Positions 18,982 to 26,309 of a stretch of 32,000 nucleotides of DNA are shown here, in pieces (within the stretch, counting starts at the first letter, position 1; each line of letters opens with the position of its first letter). The notes under the pieces were generated by a model, which saw only the letters and a program-made list of their open reading frames with translations, did no database searches and was not told where the DNA came from. This DNA is from Salmonella phage PMBT18. The position numbers were made by a program, and so were the translations under genes. The stretch is from sequence record PP926505.1; one strand, written 5' to 3'.

Positions 18982-19428
18982 GGCTTCTCTGGTCGCCAAC
19001 CCTGGCTTAAACACCACCATTTCCTCAACGTTATTGGCACTCATAGAGGCTATGGAATCGAACCCTTTGTTGATAAGTTCTTTCACATTATCATGTATCT
19101 TACCAGGCTTTATCCCCAACTCACGCATTTTATTTTCCCACACCGAAACATTGTTGGAATCTATTACAAGAGTCTTCTTGGCCTTGACACGAAATGCCAT
19201 GACAATAGGTTCACCAGATTGACGATAGCGCACGGCATTTTCTGCGTAGATCTGTGCCTTTTCTGGATCCCCCGTCAGGTAAAACCCAGCACCCATCGTA
19301 CCAGAGTCAGTCTGGCCAAATTTTTCAAAATCAAATATATCGAATTCAACATTAGACCCATGATACAAAACGATATTCGTAAAATCAGGTAGCGTTGATT
19401 CGCGATAAAATTCTAGAAAGGTTTTCAT
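18979..19428 (-). CDS. ADP-ribosyltransferase-like protein (resembles ART domains of polyvalent proteins)
   Basis: NIVLYHGSNVEFDIFDFEKFG...GTMGAGFYLTGDPEKAQIYA...INKGFDSIASM...EEMVVFKPGLA matches the YHGS / GxGFYxT / ExVVFxP pattern. Confidence 0.6.
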   Translation of the reverse strand: MKTFLEFYRESTLPDFTNIVLYHGSNVEFDIFDFEKFGQTDSGTMGAGFYLTGDPEKAQIYAENAVRYRQSGEPIVMAFRVKAKKTLVIDSNNVSVWENKMRELGIKPGKIHDNVKELINKGFDSIASMSANNVEEMVVFKPGLATREA

Positions 19429-19453
19429 AGATACCCCACACTGGTCGTATGGG

Positions 19454-19461
19454 GTATTTAG
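19454..19461 (-). promoter_or_regulatory. Late-promoter-like CTAAATAC overlapping RBS hairpin
   Basis: Overlaps the 5' arm of the ATACCCCA/TGGGGTAT hairpin (19431-19438 and 19450-19457) upstream of ATG 19428. Confidence 0.5.
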
Positions 19462-19467
19462 GATGGA

Positions 19468-20661
19468 TTAGCTGGGGACAAACTCATTCACAGGGACATG
19501 TTCGGGGATTGATAATTCAGGACAAGCAGCTTTCATCGCTTCCAGATATGGCTTGCTCCCCACGATCCAAAACAATGAGTTCTCATTAAGCAATTCTGGT
19601 TTGTGTTCCTGTATCCATGTCATGACCTTACCTTCATAACGAGGATGCAACTCAATATCCCCCCACTGGTAATCCATGAGGTCGTTGTAACGAACCCAAT
19701 TAGTGGTATGAAGATCCCAATGGTGTACCTCAAAGCGAGGAAGCACGATATCCGGCTCGTTCTTTGGCCTGATACCACTTAGGAGGCCAGCCAGCGAAAC
19801 GCTCTTAGAGGCATGCTGAAGATCCTTCTTACCATACACATAGTCTGGGTTGTCGTGATAGCGACGAGTGAAATCAGTTATGTGAGGGAGGTTTGCTTGC
19901 TTACCGATAATGCGCAAACGACTTTCAATGAAATCTAATCGGTTTGGTCCAATCCCGATCAGATAGACATTCTTCAGATTTGGTTTCGGATGCATCGCTA
20001 AACCTGTCAGGATACTGGTGCATGAATTACAAGAACCAGCAGGAATGATCAGATCAGTGATATGGTCTGGGATATTGGCAACCTGCTCGCCACCCAGCAT
20101 ATGGAATCCAGCAATGCGTTCTGGTGAATGAACGGTATGATCCAATGTAATGCCATATTCCAGATAATACGCCTTTGGATTTAATTGTTCAATGAGTTTC
20201 TTACAGCGCGGCTGAATGGTGCTATTGTAACCAGATCCAACAAAGTTAAATTCACTACCAAACCATGCTGACATTGAAACCATATCATGGTTCATGCATG
20301 TGGTTGGTTTAGTGGCACCCAGCACAGTGGTTGTCTTGCCGCCGAAATGCCGTGAGACTGCCGTCGCCATAGGGGACTGTGGACTACCAACGACAGTACC
20401 ATGGATAAGATCTGGGGATCCTCCCGCTTTAAGATGCTCCATCATGAGCCAGATGGCCTGACGGAGTTTGCTGCCATTGATCCCCTGCTTGCCATTCATA
20501 TAGCATGACAAAGGCGCGAAGTAATCTTCACGTTTGAACCAAACCTGCTGATTGGTTTCTGGATTGGCAATGAGTTCGCACGGGGTGTGTTTGTAGAGAT
20601 AATCTTCCCAATGAACCAGATCGCGGTTGAGGGAAAGAGTATCGAAGATGGTTTTGTTCAT
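19468..20661 (-). CDS. PLP-dependent enzyme, fold type II (TrpB / ACC deaminase-like)
   Basis: WFKREDYFAPLS...NGSKLRQAIWLM (candidate PLP lysine) and PAGSCNSCTSILTGLAM (phosphate-binding-like loop). Confidence 0.6.
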   Translation of the reverse strand: MNKTIFDTLSLNRDLVHWEDYLYKHTPCELIANPETNQQVWFKREDYFAPLSCYMNGKQGINGSKLRQAIWLMMEHLKAGGSPDLIHGTVVGSPQSPMATAVSRHFGGKTTTVLGATKPTTCMNHDMVSMSAWFGSEFNFVGSGYNSTIQPRCKKLIEQLNPKAYYLEYGITLDHTVHSPERIAGFHMLGGEQVANIPDHITDLIIPAGSCNSCTSILTGLAMHPKPNLKNVYLIGIGPNRLDFIESRLRIIGKQANLPHITDFTRRYHDNPDYVYGKKDLQHASKSVSLAGLLSGIRPKNEPDIVLPRFEVHHWDLHTTNWVRYNDLMDYQWGDIELHPRYEGKVMTWIQEHKPELLNENSLFWIVGSKPYLEAMKAACPELSIPEHVPVNEFVPS

Positions 20662-20730
20662 TCTATTTCTCCTGTAGACATTGGCTTATCATAGCGTATC
20701 TACAGGAGTATAGAAAAGGAGAATCTCGGA

Positions 20731-21432
20731 TTACTTCTTGAACAGACGAAGGAACTTCATCATGTTATCCATGAAAGTCGGCTTCTCGACCTTTTGTTTT
20801 ACCGGAGCGCCCTGATCATTCAGAACACGACTGGCCGGAGGAGTAGGCGGTGTCGGGATCGAACTGTCATGTTTAACAACCGGAGCACCACTGGCCAGAG
20901 GAGTTGGCTTCAAAGATTTAATTGCCTGATCCAAATAGGAATTGTCCACGACACTCACTTCTTCACCGACCGTAACGCATGGTTTGATTAGAACGGATTT
21001 CTTAGATTGCTCATATTGATGAGCGATATCCAGATATTTCTTGCGCTCTGCGTAGAAATCAACATTCTTTACTTTACGGCGGCGAGCAGTAGAACTCTCT
21101 TCACCATAGAAATCATAACCATTTTTGAATAACCAATTCACGGCTTGCTCAAATGTATTGAACACCATATACAGACCGCGTCGACCATTTACCATGTCGT
21201 CTTCGCTGGAATAACCAATGAATACCGCTTGCCCTTTCTTGTTGATATCAAAAGGAGTACACACACCAGTTTCTTCAAGTGATCGCGGAGCAAGATGTCC
21301 GTCCCGATAGATATATGCCGGATACAAGAACTCATTAAGAGTACGTTTGTTCCCTTTGTATGTGTACAGGCGAGCAAATGGAGGCAGGTCACAAACGACA
21401 TCGTTGTAATCCCAAATCGTAACATTACGCAT
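20731..21432 (-). CDS. Hypothetical protein
   Basis: 233 aa, GAGGAAAC upstream of start. Confidence 0.75.
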   Translation of the reverse strand: MRNVTIWDYNDVVCDLPPFARLYTYKGNKRTLNEFLYPAYIYRDGHLAPRSLEETGVCTPFDINKKGQAVFIGYSSEDDMVNGRRGLYMVFNTFEQAVNWLFKNGYDFYGEESSTARRRKVKNVDFYAERKKYLDIAHQYEQSKKSVLIKPCVTVGEEVSVVDNSYLDQAIKSLKPTPLASGAPVVKHDSSIPTPPTPPASRVLNDQGAPVKQKVEKPTFMDNMMKFLRLFKK

Positions 21433-21473
21433 GTTGTTTCCTCAAATCAATGAAGGGGTTTATAAACGGTTAA

Positions 21474-21499
21474 ATTTTAAACCCCTTATTCTCATTGAA
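21474..21499 (-). promoter_or_regulatory. TTCAAT-N14-TAAAAT promoter-like element with long hairpin
   Basis: TTCAAT 21499-21494, TAAAAT 21479-21474; 10-bp arms AAGGGGTTTA/TAAACCCCTT (21478-21487 and 21453-21462). Confidence 0.6.
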
Positions 21500-21503
21500 C
21501 AAA

Positions 21504-22022
21504 TCAAATACTAGTCATATAGAGTGGGACAACCTGCTCAGCGATCAACACGACCTCGGTAATGGTAAAGTCACCACCATAAGAGTACAGTTTCATTTGC
21601 GCTCCGTTGGTCGCCAGGTTCCCATCCTTGTCAACGCTGAAGAATGTAATGAAAGACAAAGTGTCCGGCGGCGGTACGCTAGCATCACGACTTCTTGATA
21701 ACTGGTTCCCCACAGAACCCACAAAATCTAATATCATAGTTCTATTAGAAGTAGACCCAGACCATGATCCGACAATATTAACCTTCACCGGAAGAATAGA
21801 ATCATAGGGAAACGCATGAAATTTGTGATCTGATAATTTAAAAAACGGGGCTAAACCAGTAGGAGAAGAAGGGTTCGGAGTCTTCCCATCCAACACAGTT
21901 AATAAATCTATTCCAGTTGCCCCAGAAGTTAGCAGTTGTGACAACCCAGAAAATCTGACTTCTGTTTTAATGCGGTGGGTCTGAAGCATATTCCCCAAAT
22001 AGGGAGATGTCAAAATAGCCAT
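21504..22022 (-). CDS. Hypothetical protein, possibly virion-associated
   Basis: 172 aa; Gly/Ser/Thr-rich beta-type composition. Confidence 0.65.
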   Translation of the reverse strand: MAILTSPYLGNMLQTHRIKTEVRFSGLSQLLTSGATGIDLLTVLDGKTPNPSSPTGLAPFFKLSDHKFHAFPYDSILPVKVNIVGSWSGSTSNRTMILDFVGSVGNQLSRSRDASVPPPDTLSFITFFSVDKDGNLATNGAQMKLYSYGGDFTITEVVLIAEQVVPLYMTSI

Positions 22023-22031
22023 ATCTCCCCC

Positions 22032-22265
22032 TTAAGAAACGATAACCGTCGCATCAGAATTAATTGCCTTAACCCATCCCACCGTCGGCGGGGTTAAAAC
22101 GACCATATTTCCTTGATATATGATATGCGCGTTGTTACCCGTTGGAGCGCTGGGGCTATCACACAGATACACAGAACCGTGAGTCACTTGAAGAGTTTTC
22201 AAAGATGTGCCGTCTGAGACTTGCGTCCATGTACTTGCGTTTGGTGTGATCTTAGCAGTTGCCAT
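22032..22265 (-). CDS. Small beta-rich hypothetical protein, possibly virion-associated
   Basis: 77 aa; late-promoter-like AATAAATA upstream. Confidence 0.65.
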   Translation of the reverse strand: MATAKITPNASTWTQVSDGTSLKTLQVTHGSVYLCDSPSAPTGNNAHIIYQGNMVVLTPPTVGWVKAINSDATVIVS

Positions 22266-22291
22266 AATAGACCTCCTTTACAAGTCAGATC

Positions 22292-22299
22292 TATTTATT
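22292..22299 (-). promoter_or_regulatory. Late-promoter-like AATAAATA
   Basis: 27 nt upstream of the start at 22265. Confidence 0.45.
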
Positions 22300-22397
22300 A
22301 CAGACAAAAAGAAGCCCGATCGTCCTGATCGGGCTATGTTAAACCATCGTGGGGATGGAAAGACTACTCACAGCAATTTCTGATAATGGGCGTTGGG

Positions 22398-22548
22398 AGA
22401 GTGCGTCGGGAATCGAACCCGAAACCGTCAGGACAATGAAAAGCTATTGCATTTCACTTGCATATCCTGCGACTTTCTTAACTTCCTTAACCCCAGATTG
22501 TTATGAAGTCAGCATGCACACCTTCTTCATCTTCAGGAAGTCACACTC
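22398..22548 (-). ncRNA. Elongated tRNA-like element (about 151 nt)
   Basis: Ends pair GAGTGTG/CGCACTC; T-arm TCGGG-TTCGATT-CCCGA; CAGGA/TCCTG stem encloses about 31 nt instead of a 7-nt loop; lies 10 nt from the next tRNA. Confidence 0.45.
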
Positions 22549-22558
22549 ATTATTCTGA

Positions 22559-22644
22559 TTGCTTCAACTGGATTCGAACCAGTGACCTCAGGCACCTTGT
22601 TCTCTCGAAACTTTCCTGCGCTCTACCACTGGAGCTATGAAGCA
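22559..22644 (-). tRNA. tRNA-like gene with enlarged anticodon loop
   Basis: TGCTTCA/TGAAGCA acceptor, GCTC/GAGC D-arm, ACTGG-TTCGAAT-CCAGT T-arm; CAGG/CCTG anticodon stem encloses about 22 nt. CCA not encoded. Confidence 0.6.
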
Positions 22645-22647
22645 ATT

Positions 22648-22736
22648 TGGCGGAAGGTGAAGGATTCGAACCTTCGGGGGCTAAAAGCCCCACTCGATTA
22701 GCAGTCGAGTCCCTTAAACCTCTCGGGCAACCTTCC
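22648..22736 (-). tRNA. tRNA-Ser(GCT)
   Basis: Acceptor GGAAGGT/ACCTTCC, anticodon arm CTCGA-CTGCTAA-TCGAG, long variable arm, encoded CCA. Confidence 0.92.
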
Positions 22737-22740
22737 AATT

Positions 22741-22824
22741 TGGAGCGGGAGAACAGGATTCGAACCTGTCCAGTGATCGTCGCCGATGATCAGTCGGCTA
22801 CTGGCCAACCCCCATGGCTCCCGC
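22741..22824 (-). tRNA. Atypical tRNA, candidate anticodon GAT
   Basis: GCGGGAG/CTCCCGC, GCCGA-CTGATCA-TCGGC, T-arm ACAGG-TTCGAAT-CCTGT with an extra T before the acceptor strand, long variable region, encoded CCA. Confidence 0.6.
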
Positions 22825-23185
22825 GAAATTAGGACGGGCTTCACACCCGATTGAGCATTTCATCTGCCCGTTTGAAGGGCGACCAGTGCCTTCTGGTCTG
22901 TACACAGCTGGCTGCAACGCTTACCGTGTTTGGTCTACCGCTACGTGCTGGGCCACGCTCGAGGACATCGGCCATCCTTCCTCAGCTAATCCACGCAGCG
23001 GCAGATTTGTATCAGAGTGTCCGGTGTAGCTTTCCGTGAGGTGCGCACTACTGTAGCCTCTACACTCTGAATTTGGTGGGCGTTACTATCGTCGTCTTCG
23101 GATTCCGTTCTGCTATTGGACAGAGGCTTGGAGCTTGTCGGTCGCATACTTCGTGCCTATTCACTTTCGTTCACACCCGTAATTC

Positions 23186-23260
23186 TGGCGGTGCCTCAAG
23201 GACTCGAACCTTGCTATCACGGATTAACAGTCCGCCGCTTCACCATTTAGCTAAAGCACC
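23186..23260 (-). tRNA. tRNA-Asn(GTT)
   Basis: Acceptor GGTGCTT/AGGCACC, anticodon loop CTGTTAA, T-arm CAAGG-TTCGAGT-CCTTG, encoded CCA. Confidence 0.93.
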
Positions 23261-23268
23261 TGAATATT

Positions 23269-23344
23269 TGGCATGCCCTCCAGGACTCGAACCTGGGTTG
23301 TACGGTTTTGGAGACCGACCTCATAGCCGCTAGATCAAGGGCAC
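23269..23344 (-). tRNA. tRNA-Trp(CCA)
   Basis: Acceptor GTGCCCT/AGGGCAT, anticodon loop CTCCAAA, T-arm CCAGG-TTCGAGT-CCTGG, encoded CCA. Confidence 0.9.
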
Positions 23345-23357
23345 ACACCTTACAACG

Positions 23358-23383
23358 AACTATACTGTATAAAGGTTATTGAA
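23358..23383 (-). promoter_or_regulatory. TTCAAT-N13-TATAGT promoter-like element upstream of tRNA-Trp
   Basis: Same box as the other sites but 13-nt spacing; ACCTT/AAGGT arms around the -10. Confidence 0.4.
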
Positions 23384-23412
23384 ACAAACCTTTATTTTAT
23401 TCAACCATAATA

Positions 23413-23489
23413 TGGTGATCCTGGTTGGGTTTGAACCAACGACCAATGAATTATGAGTTCACTGCTCTAACCGACTGAGCTACAGGACC
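23413..23489 (-). tRNA. tRNA-Met(CAT) (could be Ile2 if modified)
   Basis: GGTCCTG/CAGGATC, loop CTCATAA, T-arm GTTGG-TTCAAAC-CCAAC, encoded CCA. Confidence 0.93.
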
Positions 23490-23893
23490 TTTTGATTCTT
23501 CAAATTTCTCAACACGTGTGGGTTGGATTCTAACATCTTCTTCATGTTGTCCTCCTTACTTAACAATTGTAAATTCCACAGTGCGCAATTATATTTGTTC
23601 TCATCAATATGGTCTATTTCAAACCCTTCTGGAACTGGGCCATTAAACGCCACCCAGACAAACCAGTGTAGATATTTCCTGAGATATACACCCAGATATT
23701 CCACTTTTATTTGCAAATAGCCAGTCCCGTTGTCCACTGCAGTCAAATACTTCTCTGGCAGTTTCTGTTCATATTCCCTAAACTGGTTCTTACGGAGTAT
23801 AGTCAATTCAGGCTTCTTGACCTTTCCGTAGTTGCTGACAAATACACAGATTCCGAGTTTATCCAAACACAACTCTTTCCAAATCTCTTCCAT
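23480..23893 (-). CDS. HNH homing endonuclease-like protein
   Basis: YLHWFVWVAFNGPVPEGFEIDHIDENKYNCALWNLQLLSKEDN; C-terminus overlaps the tRNA-Met 5' end. Confidence 0.85.
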   Translation of the reverse strand: MEEIWKELCLDKLGICVFVSNYGKVKKPELTILRKNQFREYEQKLPEKYLTAVDNGTGYLQIKVEYLGVYLRKYLHWFVWVAFNGPVPEGFEIDHIDENKYNCALWNLQLLSKEDNMKKMLESNPHVLRNLKNQKVL

Positions 23894-24121
23894 GCCAACT
23901 ATTCCCCGTTATTTGTGATGTGTCCAACCAAGGTCTCTCAACCCTTTATCCCGTTTGTGCATGATCAGTTCATGCATGCCTGTTTGTGCGCCTCACGGCA
24001 ACGCGCTTCTGTGGGTCTTTGGCTTGCACCGTAGCCTCACCACAGGCGTTTATTTTTCCAGGGCTTTCCACTAGCAAGTCTTGACCATATAGGGATACGG
24101 GCTTGCAAGATCGGGTTGGAC

Positions 24122-24201
24122 ACAACTTTGATGGCTCTGGTACTAAAGATCCCGCGTCACCCATAGACATGGTTTATAAAATCCAGAGCCATCAAAGTTG
24201 T
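24122..24201. repeat. 19-bp perfect inverted repeat, 42-nt spacer
   Basis: ACAACTTTGATGGCTCTGG (24122-24140) / CCAGAGCCATCAAAGTTGT (24183-24201). Confidence 0.9.
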
Positions 24202-24356
24202 AACCAAACGTTACAACTCGCATTCAATGTCTTCGTCACACCGAATACTTGTCCTCTACGCTCGGACCAAACGAGGCTGGCCGACAGAAACATGACACCA
24301 CTCATCACTAGAGCGAGGATGTGGTTGATAGCCACGATGTAATGTCTCTATCGAAG

Positions 24357-24384
24357 AGTGATCACACTTGTCAGGATGATCACT
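24357..24384. repeat. 8-bp perfect inverted repeat
   Basis: AGTGATCA (24357-24364) / TGATCACT (24377-24384). Confidence 0.85.
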
Positions 24385-24579
24385 GTTTTGCGAACTTGAG
24401 AATACTGCGCCTGTCTCGGGTTTCCCCTTAGTTCGGCCTCTCATTGTTCGTCTAGTCAGGGAGCTACCCTTGATGACCAGCTTATATTGAGATCTTCGCC
24501 AGCGCCCACCAGTGTCTAGAATGTGTAGGCGTCGAGGTCTGCAAGGCATTGTCCTATTTCATACAACGCTCTCTCAAGT

Positions 24580-24715
24580 ACGCAAATCGAAGTTCTCTGG
24601 GCTTAACAGGTTCGACCCAACATGTTGTATATCGCCTAACTTACTCATGGGACGGCCACTTCTGTGTACAGACCTTGAGGGTTAAAAGATATACCCAAAG
24701 AACTTCGATTTGCGT
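24580..24715. repeat. 22-nt inverted repeat (21/22), 92-nt spacer
   Basis: ACGCAAATCGAAGTTCTCTGGG / CCCAAAGAACTTCGATTTGCGT. Confidence 0.9.
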
Positions 24716-24735
24716 TGTGGGGGCAAACCCCCACA
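24716..24735. repeat. Strong hairpin without T-tract
   Basis: TGTGGGGG-CAAA-CCCCCACA. Confidence 0.85.
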
Positions 24736-24861
24736 CGGCTACTTCTTTGACAGGGATTGCTAGCCCTGGGGATTCCACTGTTTAAGGCTTTATCCCATAA
24801 CGCCCGAGGCGCGTTTTAACTTATTGAAGCTTGCATAACTGCAAACTGATGCGCTGTGAGA

Positions 24862-24994
24862 CACATCTTTGAGGGCACTCAGTGTACAACAGGCTCCGAT
24901 ATTTCATAGGGCATTACTGCCTCGGATTTAAGTTGCCTTTCTCCTGAAACTCCATGCAGTCTCGCGTCTGACGCGGAATGCCCTCAAAGATGTG
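24862..24994. repeat. 16-bp perfect inverted repeat, 101-nt spacer
   Basis: CACATCTTTGAGGGCA (24862-24877) / TGCCCTCAAAGATGTG (24979-24994). Confidence 0.9.
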
Positions 24995-25118
24995 GAGCCG
25001 TTTTAGGGAGTCGAACCCAAATGCTTGGTCAGCGCTGACCTTACATCCCATCTGACTTAGGCAACCCACCTCTGCTTACTCAGGAGCTTATCCCCTTTGG
25101 ACAGTCAGATATAACGGC
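24993..25118 (-). ncRNA. Elongated tRNA-like element (about 126 nt)
   Basis: GCCGTTA/AAACGGC ends (6 pairs), T-arm-like TTGGG-TTCGACT-CCCTA, encoded CCA; internal ATCTGAC/GTCAGAT and GGTCAG-CG-CTGACC. Confidence 0.35.
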
Positions 25119-25314
25119 ATCGTCGACGGGAGATTATTAATCACACCCTCCCGTCTATTTTAGTGCGCCGAATTTGGTGATGAGGAATCGGAAGACCTCA
25201 CTGGTGTATGGGCTATTACGCCGCCATCAGAACTTCGGAATCATTTGCGTTTGATTTATTTGGTTCGTTTCTAAAAACCCGCAAAGTCACGCACAACGAA
25301 AACGAAAACCACGG

Positions 25315-25836
25315 TTACAACACTGTGTAGATTTGGCATGCTTCCTCCAGAGTTCTAATATACCGCTTAACAAGCCGTATATTATTTCTCTGCTTCTGCA
25401 CGTAGTATGTTCCTGTCTTATTATCGAAGGACACACCCTTACAACCAGTGCTCGAATTCTTATTGGTAGACCTGTTCTGAGCATTTTCAGTGACGGTTCC
25501 AATTCTCAAGTTTGACCACTTGTTATTCAACCTATTTCGGTCGATGTGATCTATTACTTCTTCCGGATACTCCGGCCAGTGCCCAGTAACATAATACCAG
25601 ATCACTCTGTGAACAAGTCTTGGCCTACTTGCCAATCCGACGACGAGATAACCATCAGCCGACAAGCTCCCGACTTTCTGACCTGGTTTACACCTCTTTG
25701 AGCGAGGGTTCTTCCAAATCAATTCGCCAGTTTCTGGTTCGTAATGAAACCAATGGCGAATCTGTTCAACTGTAAACTCTATATCTTTCAAGTCAACACT
25801 CCTATTATTTTGGAATGCTAACGATAACACAGTCAA
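25315..25836 (-). CDS. HNH homing endonuclease with AP2-like C-terminus
   Basis: RLVHRVIWYYVTGHWPEYPEEVIDHIDRNRLNNKWSNLRIGTVTENAQN, then STGCKGVSFDNKTGTYYVQ. Confidence 0.88.
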   Translation of the reverse strand: MTVLSLAFQNNRSVDLKDIEFTVEQIRHWFHYEPETGELIWKNPRSKRCKPGQKVGSLSADGYLVVGLASRPRLVHRVIWYYVTGHWPEYPEEVIDHIDRNRLNNKWSNLRIGTVTENAQNRSTNKNSSTGCKGVSFDNKTGTYYVQKQRNNIRLVKRYIRTLEEACQIYTVL

Positions 25837-25864
25837 TGGCTTTCCCGATTATAATCTCGGAAGA

Positions 25865-25944
25865 ACGAAAACCTGTTTGGGCACCAAACGCCTTGTCTTG
25901 GATTCCACCGAAGTGAATGTCTGGAACCCAAACAGCTTTTCGTT
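25865..25944. repeat. 21-nt imperfect inverted repeat (18/21), 38-nt spacer
   Basis: ACGAAAACCTGTTTGGGCACC / GGAACCCAAACAGCTTTTCGT. Confidence 0.8.
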
Positions 25945-25999
25945 TTCAGTGGGTTAACTATACTCTGTTACCCGTTATTGACAAACCCCTAAATTATTT

Positions 26000-26138
26000 T
26001 GCGGTGGTCGGATTCGAACCGACAGCTGATTGAGCGCAGAGTCTTAGGAGAAGGTGCTCACCCGACCATCATCAGCAAGCGTCGCACGGGACGCCTATCC
26101 TCGTCTGCCTATGTTCACACGCTACCCCGTGTCACCAC
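26000..26138 (-). ncRNA. Possible elongated tRNA-like element
   Basis: Clear T-arm GTCGG-TTCGAAT-CCGAC; hairpins ACACG/CGTGT, GCGTC/GACGC, GCTGAT/ATCAGC; distal GTGGTG could pair with CACCGC. 5' boundary weak. Confidence 0.3.
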
Positions 26139-26270
26139 CTCACCATCGATTTGCCGGAACTTACGCATCCGGCCTCGTCCTGTCGGTGTTCTTCTGAATC
26201 CGGGAAAATCAGCAGGAACTATGAATCAAGTTAATTCAACCAACAGGAATCCTCATGTTGCCCTTTGACG

Positions 26271-26307
26271 CAACATTATGAACCCTCTATGAAGACTCAT
26301 AATGTTG
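26271..26307. repeat. 11-bp inverted repeat
   Basis: CAACATTATGA / TCATAATGTTG. Confidence 0.8.
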
Positions 26308-26309
26308 TC

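Noticed and set aside
22825-23185. tmRNA or RNase P RNA
   Set aside because: Length is compatible, but I could not find a TTCRANN T-loop with matching acceptor and tag ORF, nor the conserved RNase P core sequences.
24549-24785. 78-aa plus-strand ORF and other short ORFs in 22.8-26.7 kb
   Set aside because: They run through inverted repeats and tRNA-like elements, with low-complexity or atypical composition, so coding is unlikely.
23894-25290. Self-splicing group I intron(s) in a tRNA or gene
   Set aside because: HNH neighbours made this attractive, but I could not assign convincing P3/P7 core elements or flanking exon halves. A covariance-model search would decide.
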